Shown here one piece after another: positions 27,255 to 41,034 of a stretch of DNA of 64,000 nucleotides; the first letter of the stretch is position 1, and each line of letters begins with the position of its first letter. Where the stretch lies: assembly GCF_006345805.1 (NCBI RefSeq), contig NC_042999.1, positions 171,492,001-171,556,000 on the forward strand. Reading direction: 5' to 3'. Both the position numbers and the translations under genes were made by a program. Under the pieces are notes generated by a model, which did not search any database, was not told where the DNA came from, and worked only from the letters and a program-made list of their open reading frames with translations. Origin of the DNA: Octopus sinensis. Its lineage: Eukaryota.

Positions 27255-27888
27255 AGCGTGTGGGACAGGTCGGTTTATCAAAAGAGTCTATCGTGAATAT
27301 TGTCGCGTCTCCTTCCTTGAAACGGGAAGGAAGAGCCATTTTCATCGTACTGTGGCTATGGCGAAAGAATGTGTATCATGGACGCGTCTGAAAGGTCTGG
27401 AGACAAATACTTTCCTCTCTGGTCAATCTCTCATCTACGTCTTCAACTATCACTTGAAGAGGAAGGTGAGAGTAGAGAGGGAAGTTTTGTCTAGTGAATG
27501 CTTCAAAAAAAGACAGGTGAGTGTAGCAAGGATGGCACGTGGGAATGACGGAGCCAGCTTGAGCATAATCCTATGAACCAAAAAAAAAACACGAAAGGAA
27601 AAAAGGGTCACTTACTGTAATGTGTTTTCTTTTTGCATGACACTTTTGCCCTAGGTTCCCGTGGTCTTTTCCGTAGGCTTTTCTATACACGGACAAACCT
27701 AATCTGTTTTCACTTTTTATATTGATATTTCCAATATACACGATCTCTATTGATCGGCCCTACGTTTTCCTCTTTTCACTATCCCTTTTGATCGAAATTC
27801 GAGTTTTTTTTCCTTCTCTTTTCAAAAAGAAAACCTCTACGTTGTATTTTGTCCCTTCTGTGTTCAGCCATGCGTGGGCAATAAAGAA
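27255..27888 (+). mobile_element. Probable Tx1/L1-type LINE 3' end inserted in a (CTAT)n tract
   Basis: C-terminal ORF (..MAKECVSWTRLK..YHLKRKVRVERE..FKKRQ..IIL*), pyrimidine-rich 3' UTR and AATAAA at 27880; (CTAT)n on both sides. The clade call is inference. Confidence 0.5.
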
Positions 27889-28021
<133 letters not shown>

Positions 28022-28288
28022 CATTGTCATGGAACCTAACCTGAAAAACAAAAAAAAAAAAACAATGTTTTCTTCTAACTCACCGCCACCAAAAAAAAAA
28101 TCATCTGTTTTATATAAATGAACAAGCTGTTTTTACATTCACAAATTTTTATTCTTGAAATGAACAAAAACGCGAATAATAATGAAGAAATAAAAAAAAT
28201 TTTTTTCCAAAATTCCGACGACTTTTTCTCAATATTCAATTTCTGTACATCACACCTAACACACACACAACACACACACTCTCTCTCC

Positions 28289-28328
<40 letters not shown>

Positions 28329-28807
28329 ATTTTGTATCGTAATGTAATAACTGCCATGTGTTATAAATATATTTTACTTATAAATAATGCCTGACATAGT
28401 ATTTAGTACGTTGGTTAAAAAAATAGATGTATATATCCTGTCAAAATTAGTCAGTTTATGCTTAAATTGCCTTCAGCATACTTGTGGTGGTAAGCAGAAT
28501 CCAGCCAATAAGAGATATCTGATTTGTCAAAAACATTTATTAATGCTGCAAATCCTTTTTCTTTCATACAATGGAAAATAGCCAAGAAGAAAATGCTTTG
28601 TAGCCTTACTTACGCCCCCTCCCCACAGTAGATACATACAGTCATACGAACAGAAATGTTATACTTAATGCATTTGTATAACTAAATGCTGTGAAAATAC
28701 ACTTAATTCTATGCATACAATAAAATATGTCATATTGATACAGTTCACATTACTTAACCTGCTCCCAACACAAATTGCTACAAGTACATACATGGATTGT
28801 AACGTGT

Positions 28808-28986
<179 letters not shown>

Positions 28987-29041
28987 ATGTATGTATATAT
29001 ATATATATACTTTATTTTAAGCAGCAGAAAATTCAACAAAT

Positions 29042-29079
29042 CTGTTACTCTGAGTTTCTCGTTGCCGTTCATCAGACAG
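29042..29079 (-). ncRNA. Mirror-image minimal hammerhead
   Basis: Exact reverse complement of 29104-29141. Confidence 0.7.
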
Positions 29080-29103
29080 TTTTTACTAGAATTCTAGCAA
29101 AAA

Positions 29104-29141
29104 CTGTCTGATGAACGGCAACGAGAAACTCAGAGTAACAG
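29104..29141 (+). ncRNA. Minimal type I hammerhead ribozyme
   Basis: CTGT-CTGATGA-aCGgcaaCGa-GAAA-CTCaGAG-TA^ACAG. Stem I CTGT/ACAG, GCAA tetraloop on stem II, near-palindromic stem III. Caveat: A.A mismatch at the base of stem II. Confidence 0.7.
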
Positions 29142-29251
29142 ATTTTGTTGAATTTTCTGCTGCTTAAAATAAAGCATATTACTCTACCACTGGTATTTGA
29201 GTACTCTTTTTTCCACCTTGTTTCACATTTATGTGTTTACTCCGGTCTATA

Positions 29252-29322
<71 letters not shown>

Positions 29323-31347
29323 ACATATAGCCGTATTTGTATTTGTGCGTGTGTGCATATATATAAACTTCTGATTAAGATTTCGGTTATTGAAAATGGG
29401 GGCTGTTTCAAATTTGATAGCACTACATCATTTGAGATATATTTTATGTCATAATATATATTTGTGTTTTCATAAGACAAAGTGTATCTAGGTGTAAGTA
29501 GATTGCCTGCTATTTCTTGGAGGAAGTTTTCCTGGTGCCTTTAAAAAATTACTTTCTTTCTTGTTTGCTTATTGAACATCGTAGTAGTAAAAAGAAATAA
29601 AATTGTTGGTTTACAATGTTGCTAAATAATTTGAGGCTGACACTGTTAGAGGAAGTCTGTACTGTCTCTGGTTCCAAGCTTTGTGTGTCTAGTAATATTA
29701 AACTGCATATCGTTTCATAAATGTTGATTGGATTTTTTACGTTTCACATATTTTGCAACCCTCAAGGCAATGTTTAAAACAAAAGATTTTTGTGATATTG
29801 ATGCCATTTATTTTAGTCGTAATTTTTGCGATTCTACTACTAACCTGCTTCAATTCTCATAATGATCAGCTTTGTTTAGTGGGAATAAGTGGGCAGCAGA
29901 ATTAAAACTGACGCAGGGAGGAGCAGAGGATGATGGTATCAGGATCTCTGCACTGGAAATTTCTATGGTACCACAAGTATATTTCTCGGACCATTTTGAC
30001 TTTATTGTTAATTTTCTCATTCTGGATTATGGTAATATCGACAGTGTTACACTTAAATCCTTGGTATTCCTTGATACATCGTGAAGCTTTTCCGACTGAA
30101 CTGAATATGACTGCTAAGTACAATAACTATTTCTAGTTTAGATTAAAATCATTTACTGATATCTAATCCATTATGTACAGTCAAGTGCTTAGAGTCTTCT
30201 GCAAAAACTGTTTAGTACGTCTGATGTCAATCGTAACATCATTTCTGTAAATAGTAAAAAAGAACTAGGCTCTATTCAAAATCAAGGAGACAATTAAGGG
30301 CTTTTCCAGATTTTCAGTAAATTTCGTTGATCACAAAATATATTTTCTCTGCTGATGAGCATTTCATCTAATGCTGTAGATTAAAGACAATGCAACTGTA
30401 GATCTCCAAACTGCTGCCTTATAAACAACAACTGTCACGGGAAAGAACTCGTATACAAGGACAAGATCACGGACACCAACTGAGTAGGAAACACGTATAT
30501 CGGGTTGACGTGCAACTACTTCAAGGAAATGTATATACAACACCTGGCGTAATGTCCCTCGATTCATTGTAGCATTCACAATAATCTCTGCGAACTAATC
30601 GGGGATGTGTTTTCCAAAATGGAGGTGAACACTTTTCTCCTCGTGATCAGCTTGAAAAATTGTTGACTAAGATATTTTCCTAATTTTCTGAACATGAAAG
30701 CAATGGTAGACTTAATTCACACACATGCACACAAAGAGAGACAGACAGACAGACACACATATCTGACATCCAGTGTTTAAGATTTCTAATCCAAGCTGCC
30801 TATAACAGTTTACCAAATACAAACGTCATACAAAGGGCAAAAGTGGATCCTGTCCCTCTTTCAACATCTTTTCAGCAGCTGCTCCAGACACTTAGCTGAT
30901 TTCCACTACCGCTGATGGCATGCGAAGGTGCTCAGAGGGGTTGCAGTGGTGTTATTTCAGCAATAGCTATAAAGCCTATCACTGGAATTTTAGAGGAGGT
31001 CATTACATGGCTTTAGAAAAAAAGGGCAAACCACTGGTTGGCTGATAGTGGGTTATAAGGTGGGTCTTGATGAAAACTGGTAGGGTCAAATGGGTCAAGG
31101 AGTCTGATGTTGAAAGTTCCGATAGCACTGGGTCCTGAGAAACATCGCTGATGATGCGTTCTAGACCATCCGCAAAATTTATGCATACAAACACACACAC
31201 ACACACACGCAAGCGCACACACGCACACGCATGCGCCCCCATGTATACATACATACATATATATATATATATATGTATGTATGTATATATATATATATAT
31301 TATATATCTATATCTATATATTTATATATATATATTATATATATATA

Positions 31348-31387
<40 letters not shown>

Positions 31388-31388
31388 C

Positions 31389-31432
<44 letters not shown>

Positions 31433-31433
31433 T

Positions 31434-31490
<57 letters not shown>

Positions 31491-32221
31491 GTATATATGT
31501 ATGTATATCTGGGGCGGTGGAAATCTATCAAATATACCTAAAAGCAAGATTGATGTTTATTCTGTACATATGTATGCTGGTCTTTTGAATAAAATTCTTA
31601 CTTATATGAATTGCATCATAATTTCCTACAGTATCTGGTCATGAGCATTTCTGTGTTTTCGCTATAAAATTCCCCGAGAGAATAAAATGTTTTCTTCCAA
31701 ACCAACTTGCTGACTTGGCTTTATTTGGATGTTTTAGCAAAACAGTCTCTAGTTTGCTGAATATAGATAAATCAACGAAACTACCTTAGCAATCGTTGAG
31801 TAGAAGGTTAGAGCAGATAATTCAAATCGTTTGCCCAGTGCTTTCATAATGTCACTAATCCGCTCCTTCTCTATTTGATTGATACCGGAAGGATGAAACC
31901 CAAATTTTCTTGATAATCGGATGTAAGCACTATCTAATATTTTACTTGTAGTTAATGTGTGAGTGCCTGTACGCCGTATCCGTGTAAATTATTAAATTAA
32001 CCACTGAGAATTTCCTAAAACATTGTTTACTGATCAACTGCTGTGTTTTATGATATGTATGACCCAAGATATTTATAATCAGAAACCATATTTAAAGGCG
32101 CACTGTTGAGAGTGTGGATGATGCAATCACTGTTGGACAGGCACTTGTTTATGTATTCAGTTTTGGCCTCATTGAGGTAAAGACCTACACAATTTGAGGC
32201 TTGTTCAAGAGATTGGAAAAT

Positions 32222-32751
32222 ACTTTCTAACTAGAAAGGGTATGGCCTGGTCAACCTGTAATGACATGCATAAGATCTGGTCATCAAATCTAAGTAGAGA
32301 CTTCAAACTTGAAATATTCAAAGCCACAGTCGAACCAATTCTACTACATGGCTCAGAAACCTGGAGCTTATCAAAGAAGCTTGAGAGGCGGTTGGATGGA
32401 ACCTACACTCGCCTCCTTATGAGAGCTCAAAATCTCTCGTGGAAGCGCCATCCAACCAAAATGCAAATTTATGGGAAATTACCACCTGTGTCATCTCTTG
32501 TGAAAGGTAGGAGAGTCCAGTTTGCTGGACATTGTTGTAGAGCTGAAAAAGAAGTAATTTCTACTCTTCTCCACTGGAAGCCATCTACTCGCAATACCAG
32601 AGGGCGCACACTCTCCTACCCTGATATAATCTCCAGGGATACAGGCATCCAGCAACAGGACCTCCGTAATGCTATGATGGACCGTGAAGTCTGGCGTAAC
32701 ATAGTAAATTCCATTGTCGCGACCACGGTCGAACAATGATGATGATGATGC
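32222..32751 (+). mobile_element. RTE-clade LINE 3' end
   Basis: Open frame FKATVEPILLHGSETW..RLDGTYTRLL..RRVQFAGHCCR..MMDREVWR; stop directly followed by a (GAT)n tail. Confidence 0.92.
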
Positions 32752-33716
32752 TGTGTTTTGGAATAAACTATTTGGTAAAGGATAGCAGTTTTCCTATTCA
32801 CGTTGATAACGAGTTATAAAAATACTTCACAATTATGCATCAATTTCCTTGTTTGATATGACGAAATATATTTGAAATTCAGTAGATCGTGACATTTGAA
32901 GCCTCCACCCACCAAAAAGAAGTAAATACCACGAAGTGACTCGAAAATGGACCCGACAATAGGCAATCAGCGTTTTCCGAATAAAATCAGATCTCTCTGT
33001 CTGTATTATAGAGAAAGAATGCTATTGATTCGATGTACTTGCTATGAGAAGAAGAATATATGCAATAAAAAATTAAGTTGAAATACCTGCAAAATTAATG
33101 CAACATTCAATACAAACTTAATGCTCAAATATCTGTGGAATCATTTGATATCCATTGTGAAGGCAAATGCATATATCAAACGATGTTTAAATTTGCATAA
33201 TGCATATATATATAGCAATGCTAATATTTATATTTAAGAGAAGTATGTTTGACATATAGATTTATTCAAGCTTAAGCAGAAAACATGTATAGCTATCCCT
33301 CCTGTTTGCCGGTAAATATCATGTTTATGCATTTAAAATCGACTAATCTCAAAGGAAACATTACATTAGTTATAACATACGTCGAATAGCTTGAGATAAG
33401 AATAAACAAATATTGTAAATAAAGGAAAAGGGTATTAAATGAAATATTAAAATGTGATTTAAAGACATTTCTATGCGAAAATCAAATAGGCTAAACATGC
33501 AAAAAATATTTCTTAAGGAGCGGGATTGAAGCAGCACGCACACGCATACACATATGCACAATCTCGTAGATGTGTGTATGTATTTTTGCTTGTGCAACAG
33601 AGAACTCTTACTCTTCGAAATAGCAACGTTGTAGCTATTGATAAGTTCAATTGCTAATAAATAATAACGAAATGCGCACGTGTTATTAAATGTAACAGGC
33701 AATCTAGATTGTGTGA

Positions 33717-34040
33717 ATGTGCCTGGCTTAGCGGTTAGGGTATTCAGCTCACAATCACAGGGTCGCAAGTTCGATTCCCGTTGGTGCGTTGTGTCCGCGA
33801 GCAAGTCACTTTATTTCACATTGCTCCAGTTCACCCAGCTGTGAAAAATGAGTAGTACCTGTATTTCAAAGAGCTAACCTTGTCACATTCTGTGTCACGC
33901 AGAATCCCCTTGAGAACTATGTTAAGTGTACGCGTGTCTATGGAGCGCTCAGCCTCTTGCACGTTAATTTCAAGAGCAAGCCGTTCTGTTGATGGGATTA
34001 CCTGGAATCTTCGTCGTCGTAAGCGACAGAGTGCCAGTTT
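33717..34040 (+). mobile_element. tRNA-derived SINE family C
   Basis: A box TGGCTTAGCGG, B box GTTCGATTCCC, then a GCAAGTCACTT..CACCCAGCTGTGAAAAATGAGTA central domain. Confidence 0.8.
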
Positions 34041-34796
34041 AATCTAGATTTTGCAACTCAGTGAGTCTCGAACAATCGGCTGTCAAGATAAAATTCCACT
34101 ATGAAAATAGTAGAACTGAATTATAGAACTAAATTTTAGAACCAAATTATCTGTAATAGATCAGGATATATGTAAAATTATTCACAAAACATCTACAAAT
34201 ATTGACCTTTTTCTAACAGTAAAAATCATTACGCTAGTATCATAGATAAGGATATGGGCAATCACTTGAAAGGCCGGATGGGTGCTTCGCTATTTTTTTA
34301 TAGGGATAAAACGACTTTACTTTACTAAAGTTTCATAAGATCTGGTTGGATATCGAATTTCACTACATGTATTTTATCTTACCATCAATATCTGATTTTG
34401 GTGGGTAATAAAAGAAATCGATACTTAGGCACCTAGATTGTGGTTCAAGAATTAAACATACCATATATTATTGCATTGCATCAGAATGCAATTAACATTT
34501 TATTTGTCTGGGATGGATGCTAGCAATATCAAGAACTTGATGTAATCTACAGTATTTTATTTGTCTTGCCTAACAATGATAAATCAGATGACAGTTCGAG
34601 ATAAAATCATTATACATATAAATCATTACAATGTTTGAACAATTCTTAGCTTTTAATGAACAAGGGTTCACCAAATATATATTGCGATTGTAGCAACTGG
34701 AAATATAAGTTAGAATTTTAACTGTATATATTTACCTGAGATAAAGCAATTCGAGAACGTGGGATCATTTCAAACTATATCTTGCAATGATAATGA

Positions 34797-34930
34797 CGGC
34801 TTCAAGTTTTGGAACAAGGTCACTAACTTTTAGGGGAGGGGATAAATCGATTACATAAATCCCAGTGCTCAACTGGTAATTATTTTATCAATACCGAGAG
34901 GATTATGGGTAAAGTTGACCTCGGCGGTAT
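34797..34930 (-). mobile_element. SINE family A, 3' fragment
   Basis: Similar to 2640-2760 (GGGGAGGGGATAAATCGATTACAT..CCCAGT..CTGGTA..GACCTCGGCGG). Confidence 0.7.
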
Positions 34931-36056
34931 TTATGTAAACTTTCGGAGGAAAGCCGTTCATGTTAACGTCGACATGTGTATAAATAAGTAACGTTTTTAC
35001 CAGTAAAATGCATACGTACATTTTCAGTTTTTGATAGTTTTCATTGCCAAGTAGATTGGGTATAATTAAACTTATATATCTTAGTATTGACAATATAGGT
35101 ATCTAATTCTTTTTTTAATTTTGTTAAAATAAATTATTTTTTCTGTTGCCTGTATTTTCGAGCTTTCAAAGTTTTTTTTTAACTCAGCGTTACAATTGTA
35201 ATTGACGGCAGGATTTGATTTGTCTTTTCAAGGAATTTGATACTAATTTCTTCCATTCAGTAGCAATATATTCTGTGCTGTTAACGTTATCAAACGTAAG
35301 CAGGGCCAATATGTATTTTCTGAATTCTACCGTCTATGTGTTCATTTACTTGTGCATATGCTTTTATGATTATATGTATTTGTTCACAAACCGGCAATAT
35401 TGTTAGATTTGTCACCTGCAATATCTTCCATGTAACCCGTTTTTGTCTTGCCACCCTTAGCTACATTAAGAAGAATAACAGGTTGAATATCATGAAGTTA
35501 TACGTAATTTTCCTAATCCCTTTCAGAGGAGGACCGACGGGAATGACAGCGCTTCAGAAATAATAATTTCACTCCACTTACGCGATACATAATTTCTGTA
35601 TTAACCTGCAAACAGTTTAATTTATCTAAGTAAATTTGAAGAAAACACCCTGTTGAAATATAGGATTTGCAATGTACCGGTCCTTTGGTGATGGAATAAT
35701 GTCCTGCATTCTTGAGATATACATTGAAACAAGTATTCAAAGCTGGTGTCACGTTCAACAATAAGTATATATAATGATAGATTGATTTAAGCTAAAAGAA
35801 ACAGAATATCTTTAGAATGACATTAAGCATTGAATTGTATTAAATCACTAAAGAAATACCAACAAACAAACTAAACGAACAAACCAAGCATCTTACAATA
35901 TACATTGTATAATATATAGTTTAATATGCGCTCTTTGATCTGGCATAAGTTCAAACATTTGATATGCCTCACAAATGAATGTATAATGCGTCGATATGGA
36001 CGTACAGGATCACACAAACACATCAACACACGCACATATAGATTATGTATATATTC

Positions 36057-36122
<66 letters not shown>

Positions 36123-36195
36123 TATGGATGCGTACTTGTTCACATCAATATGCATCTATCTGTCTGTCTCAATGTCTGTCTTTGTCTCTCTATTG

Positions 36196-36285
<90 letters not shown>

Positions 36286-36394
36286 TATAATTAAGGGCTA
36301 AAGAGGGTTATTCTAAAGCCAAATACACTGTTTTATCCACTTATAATCCGCTTGTTATATATATATATATATATATACTTATAACGTTTATATA

Positions 36395-36669
36395 TTTGTT
36401 GTGTAAGATTTTTTATGTGAAGTCGTGTGTTGAAACAGACATTGTTGTATTTCGGAATGGTCATTTTGCCAGTTTAGCCAATAAATAAGAAAGAAGAAAG
36501 CAAAGGACCACTGTTGCGGTCACACGAGTGTGACGAAAGAACTCTGGCCGAAATAAGATTAAGATTAATGTAAAAAATAAATAACACTGAAGCAAAGTAA
36601 TACCAAATATATAGTACGTGTATTTGTATTGGCTAAACTGGCAAAATGACCATTCCGAAATACAACAAT
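36395..36669. mobile_element. Fold-back non-coding element with 43-bp inverted repeat and hammerhead-like motif
   Basis: 36441-36483 and 36627-36669 are perfect inverted repeats; CCA-CTGTTGC-g-GTCACACgaGTGTGAC-GAAAGAACTC-TGG at 36508-36547; TA-rich flanks. Confidence 0.75.
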
Positions 36670-36813
36670 ATATACTTATACATATTAGGTATTCCTATAC
36701 AGACAAATACTTACACACTTAATTAAGTACAAGTAGACACACACAGACACATACAGATATAAATATGCATGAATATGTATATGCTTGTATGTACGAATGT
36801 ATGCATATATATA

Positions 36814-37033
36814 TATATAATTAAGGGCTCAGTAAAATAATTTACTTTGCCACATACTGACATTTTTATAAATAGCAGCCAAATTTCAGTATGTGGCAAA
36901 GTAAATTATTTTATTGAGCCCTTAATTATATAAAGTAATATTTTGAATACGCCTTGAATGGTCCTTTTACATACTGAACACTACTTGGTGAAATTAATTA
37001 ATAACTAATTGATTTTACCCTTAATTATTGATA

Positions 37034-37037
<4 letters not shown>
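36814..37037. mobile_element. Fold-back element with 47-bp inverted arms plus tail, between (TA)n tracts
   Basis: 36814-36860 vs 36886-36932 (1 mismatch), 25-bp spacer, ~105-bp one-sided tail. Confidence 0.8.
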
Positions 37038-37090
<53 letters not shown>

Positions 37091-37096
37091 ATATAT

Positions 37097-37735
37097 AAAC
37101 TTAGATAAACTTAGATATGTTTCGACCAAAGATTGGTCCAGGCCATGTCTAACTTAATAGCACCACCTGATAGGATTATTCGAATCCTGTTTAAGTCAAG
37201 TTTTGTTCAAGTTGTGAGTTCTTGTTGGGTGAGTTGTATCCAGTTTTGTTCAAGTAGTGAGTTCTTGTTGGGTGAGTTGTATCCAATTATGGGTGGCTTA
37301 TCTGGTATTCTTTGAAGGAATCTATCCAGACTCTGTTTAAAGTTGATGGGATCCTTTTCCTCTTTGATCTCCCTCGGGACAATGTTAAATAGGGTAGGAC
37401 CTGTTGAGGAAAAGAAATTATGTTGCAGTGTACATGTATGTTGAGATCTTGAATTGGGCAGGGGACGTATAGCCCGTGGTCCATGTCTTGGATGAACCTT
37501 GAAGCTAATGTTTAGGTCGTTTGGGCAAAGTTGGCGGTATATTTTCAAAATCGTACAAATGATGTACCGCTCACGGCGACGCTGGAGGGAGTAAAGTTTC
37601 AAGGCTTTAAGGCGGTCCCAATAATCGAGAACAGCCATGCCTTCAATTTGTTTAGTGAGAGCCCTCTGGGGTGACTCAATTCTGGAGATGTTTTGTCTTG
37701 TGTGAGGAGACCACAGTGGGCAGCAGTATTCAAGG
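37097..37735 (-). mobile_element. CR1/L2-group LINE 3' end
   Basis: LEYCCPLWSPH..IESPQRALTK..LDYWDRLKALKLYSLQRRRER..FKQSLDRFL; tail of (ATCTAAGTTT) repeats. Confidence 0.9.
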
Positions 37736-38488
37736 TATATAAACTCTGTCAATATTTCTTTCGTATTTCAAGCTGTAAATATTTGTTCAAACGAGGTGCA
37801 TATATCGCATCATATTCTAGTGTCTGTTGCCATCATCGTGGCAGAAGCTGAATTCTACGCTTAAAATATTTGGTTGGCTTAAACCAAAAAAAAAAAAAAT
37901 TACCTGTACCTCATCAACATTATTGACCCTCCGTCCATGTAGGAAATGAGCTGTGACAAGGAAAAGGTGGTAATCTGATGATGGTCGTCTGGACTTTAGG
38001 CAGTCTAAGTCAGTACGTCTTTGACCCAAAGGTTACTCGAGTTTACCCTTGGTCAATATGGCTGTATGTACGAGGGCATTGACATGCAGTAAGCGTGTTG
38101 TTTTATTATTACCCACTAGGGGCTACATAGATGGGACAATACAATCGGGAAAATGAATAATGAATTATGAAGTTTGTACAATGTGGTGCAATGGAAGTAA
38201 TAATAGAGAAAGAAAGAGGGAGTTGAAAGAAATTCCTGTTCCCAACATCCTGACCAGCATACTGAAAACTATTCTTTTTTAATTATATTTTGCTTAGCAC
38301 CTTAAGGGGAAAAATGCTTTTAGTGATGACTGTACCCCACCCTGTTTTCATTATTTCCTCATCCTAAAAGAGGTCACCACCGTTGAACTCATATCTCATG
38401 CCAATAGCTATACAATGGTAAAAAACTAAATAAGTGAATAAATGGTAAAACCCTTTCCCTCCCTCTCTCTAACTATCTATCTATCTGC

Positions 38489-38574
<86 letters not shown>

Positions 38575-39349
38575 ATCTATCTATCTCCATTGTCCTGGAA
38601 CCTCACCCCAAAATTAAACATCTATATCTTCTAACGTAACACGCGCTTTATAACTTTGAGAACGGAATGTGCTGGGACATTCATTAGTTTACATGCAATT
38701 TGTGAAATTTCTTCCTAAAGGTTAGTGCCATTCGACTCTCTAAAAAAGTTTTTTTAATTCTAACATTTGGAAAAAAGTTACTCCTCTAAATATCATAAAC
38801 ATTTTCAAAAGTAATTTCCAAAATAAACATTTTGAAACAATCTTTCCCTACATATTATAACTGTATCAAGGAATTAAACTATAACACGTGCTCCATAACG
38901 TCTAGAACTGTAATACGTATTGAACTCAGTCTCTCTTACTATATTACCTCTTATAACTCTCTACTATAAAAAAAACTTAGTATTTTTTCAGATAGTAATA
39001 AAATTTGTCGGACTTAATTTCAAGCCGTCGGCCGTCGGAGCTGTGGAAACTTGGCGCACTCCGATTGCATGAAAATAGATTCGACTGATTTTATTATTGC
39101 CTTAAAAAATACTAAAAAATACTAAATTTCAAACATTTTATGGTCAAATACTTTTAGAGCAATTCCAAGCCATAAAAATCGCACTTTAAAATAGTGTTTA
39201 GCGACAGTGGTGTAATTTTACTACAAACTACGAACAGGAGTTTAGATAGGTACCGGCTACTACAAATAAATGTTTGCAAGTACATCAAATTGTCTTTGAA
39301 TTAAGTGGCGGCAGAAGAATTATTGTCGAAGTTTTAAAAGGCAAGTTTA

Positions 39350-40005
39350 TTGTTGTCTATGTCATATGGCAGTGGTACACTTCCCAAAAATAAATCTCCG
39401 TCAACAGAGGACCAGTTTGCAATCAAACGAGCAAAGGTTGCAGAGAGAAAAATAAAGACCCGTGAAAATGAAAATCCCGATCAAATGGCAGCCAGGAGAA
39501 CTTCGATTGTGGAGAATATGCAAAGACTTAACGACTCTCAAACTCCTGAAAAGGCAGCATCCGAGAGAGCATCAAATTCTCTTACCAAGAGCAGAGAAAG
39601 TGTATTAGAAACTTCTGAACAAGCTAAATCTATGAGAACTTCCAATGTAGCCAACATGAGAAGAGTAATAATAGAAATAAGGAGACCTTCCAATGTTGTA
39701 CAGCACTTTGCTGTACAACATTGATCAAGACAGAATGCAGTCCAGCTTGTGAAACTTATTCAATATGAAGCCATTCAAGTCTATTCCTCCCTACATATTG
39801 TAATTGTTGGAGAACCCCCAAAAATGCATCTATTGTGGAGCATTGAAGTTTAAGGATGAATCCCAAGGCGTCCGCTGCTCTAGTGGAAAGATCAAACTCC
39901 AGGACTTTCCAGCTCCACCAGAACCACTCAAGTCATTGTTGGCTGGATCCACCAATGAGTCCCGGGTTTCCCGAAGAAAATTAGACGTACAACGATGCAA
40001 TTATA
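39350..40005 (+). mobile_element. Helitron RepHel N-terminal fragment (pseudogene)
   Basis: CIYCGALKFKDESQGVRCSSGKIKLQDFPAPPEPLKSLL matches the Helitron N-terminal Zn-finger, preceded by ET.EQ..R-type repeats; stop at 39724. Confidence 0.85.
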
Positions 40006-40393
40006 TATATATATAATACAGCATTACCATAGTTCGATGACTGCAATAGTAAAATAAAGAAGAAGCGAAAAAACTTCTAACCACTTTTTATAGTAGATGA
40101 ATAATGATATTAAAAGCTTGTATAATATAATTAATTTATTATATTATTCCAGTTTCGCATCATTATTAATTTATTAAATTAAGAATGGTATTAATTTAAC
40201 GAATTAATAATGATATTAATAAATTAAATTAATTATAACATTAATAACATTATCATTGGTTTATGAAATTTATAACGGTATATTCATTTCGTATCACCAA
40301 CAAAATTCATTATAAGGGCAAATGGATGTAATTTTCTAAATAATTATTTAGCAATGTCAGAAATTAATTATCAACAACAACAACAACAACAAC

Positions 40394-40462
<69 letters not shown>

Positions 40463-40543
40463 TAACACTATATCATTTTTGAGGGAAGGAAAATCAGTTT
40501 CTTACTAAAAGTTTGAAAGTGTGGAATATATGCAACTGATAAT

Positions 40544-40975
40544 CATTTGTCCTATAGGCACAAGCCCTGATATATTGTGGGAGGGTCCCTTCCCTTACAT
40601 CTTAAACAGTATTTGACTGGTACTTATTCTATCGATTCCGAAATGATAGAGACAAAATCGACCTTGGTGGAACGTCAACTCAAAAGGTAGAGAGTAACGA
40701 ATTGCTCTAAGCATTTTGTCCAGTATGCCAATGATTCTACTATTTTTATGCAAAGAATTATCGTTTCTAATATAGGAACAAAGGATGAAATTTTTGAGCG
40801 CGGAATTAGACGATTAACTCGATAACAGTTCTCTAGAATAGTGCTTATTTTATCGATCCCGGAACGATAAACGATGAAGTCGACTTCTACGGAATTTTAA
40901 CTGAGAAAACAAGAAACAACGAAAAGCCGCTAAGCATTTTCCCGACCTACTTAAACATTCTATCACCTCACAGCA
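40544..40975 (-). mobile_element. Two tandem diverged SINE family A copies (40544-40742, 40760-40975)
   Basis: Both show ..GGTACTTATT.TATCGA.CC.GAA.GAT..GTCGAC..GGAATTT.AACT..CTAAGCATTT; between (AAT)n tracts. Confidence 0.75.
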
Positions 40976-40977
40976 TT

Positions 40978-41034
<57 letters not shown>

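Larger units (their letters stand above)
29010..29248. mobile_element. Miniature fold-back element: 165-bp palindrome plus ~74-bp tail, between (TA)n tracts
   Basis: 29010-29091 and 29092-29174 are reverse complements (1 mismatch, 1 indel), centred on CTAGAA|TTCTAG with no spacer. Confidence 0.92.

Noticed and set aside
29500-30360. Possible old LINE remnant on the minus strand
   Set aside because: No unambiguous RT motif recovered by eye.
30352-30400. CTGATGA motif (also at 21519, 45289, 60125)
   Set aside because: No correctly placed GAAA with closing stems.
31148-31180. CTGATGA-TGCG..CGCA-AAAT hammerhead-like motif
   Set aside because: Lacks G12 and stems I/III.
33717-33790. Functional tRNA gene (also 46310-46385)
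   Set aside because: No proper acceptor stem; continues into a SINE body.
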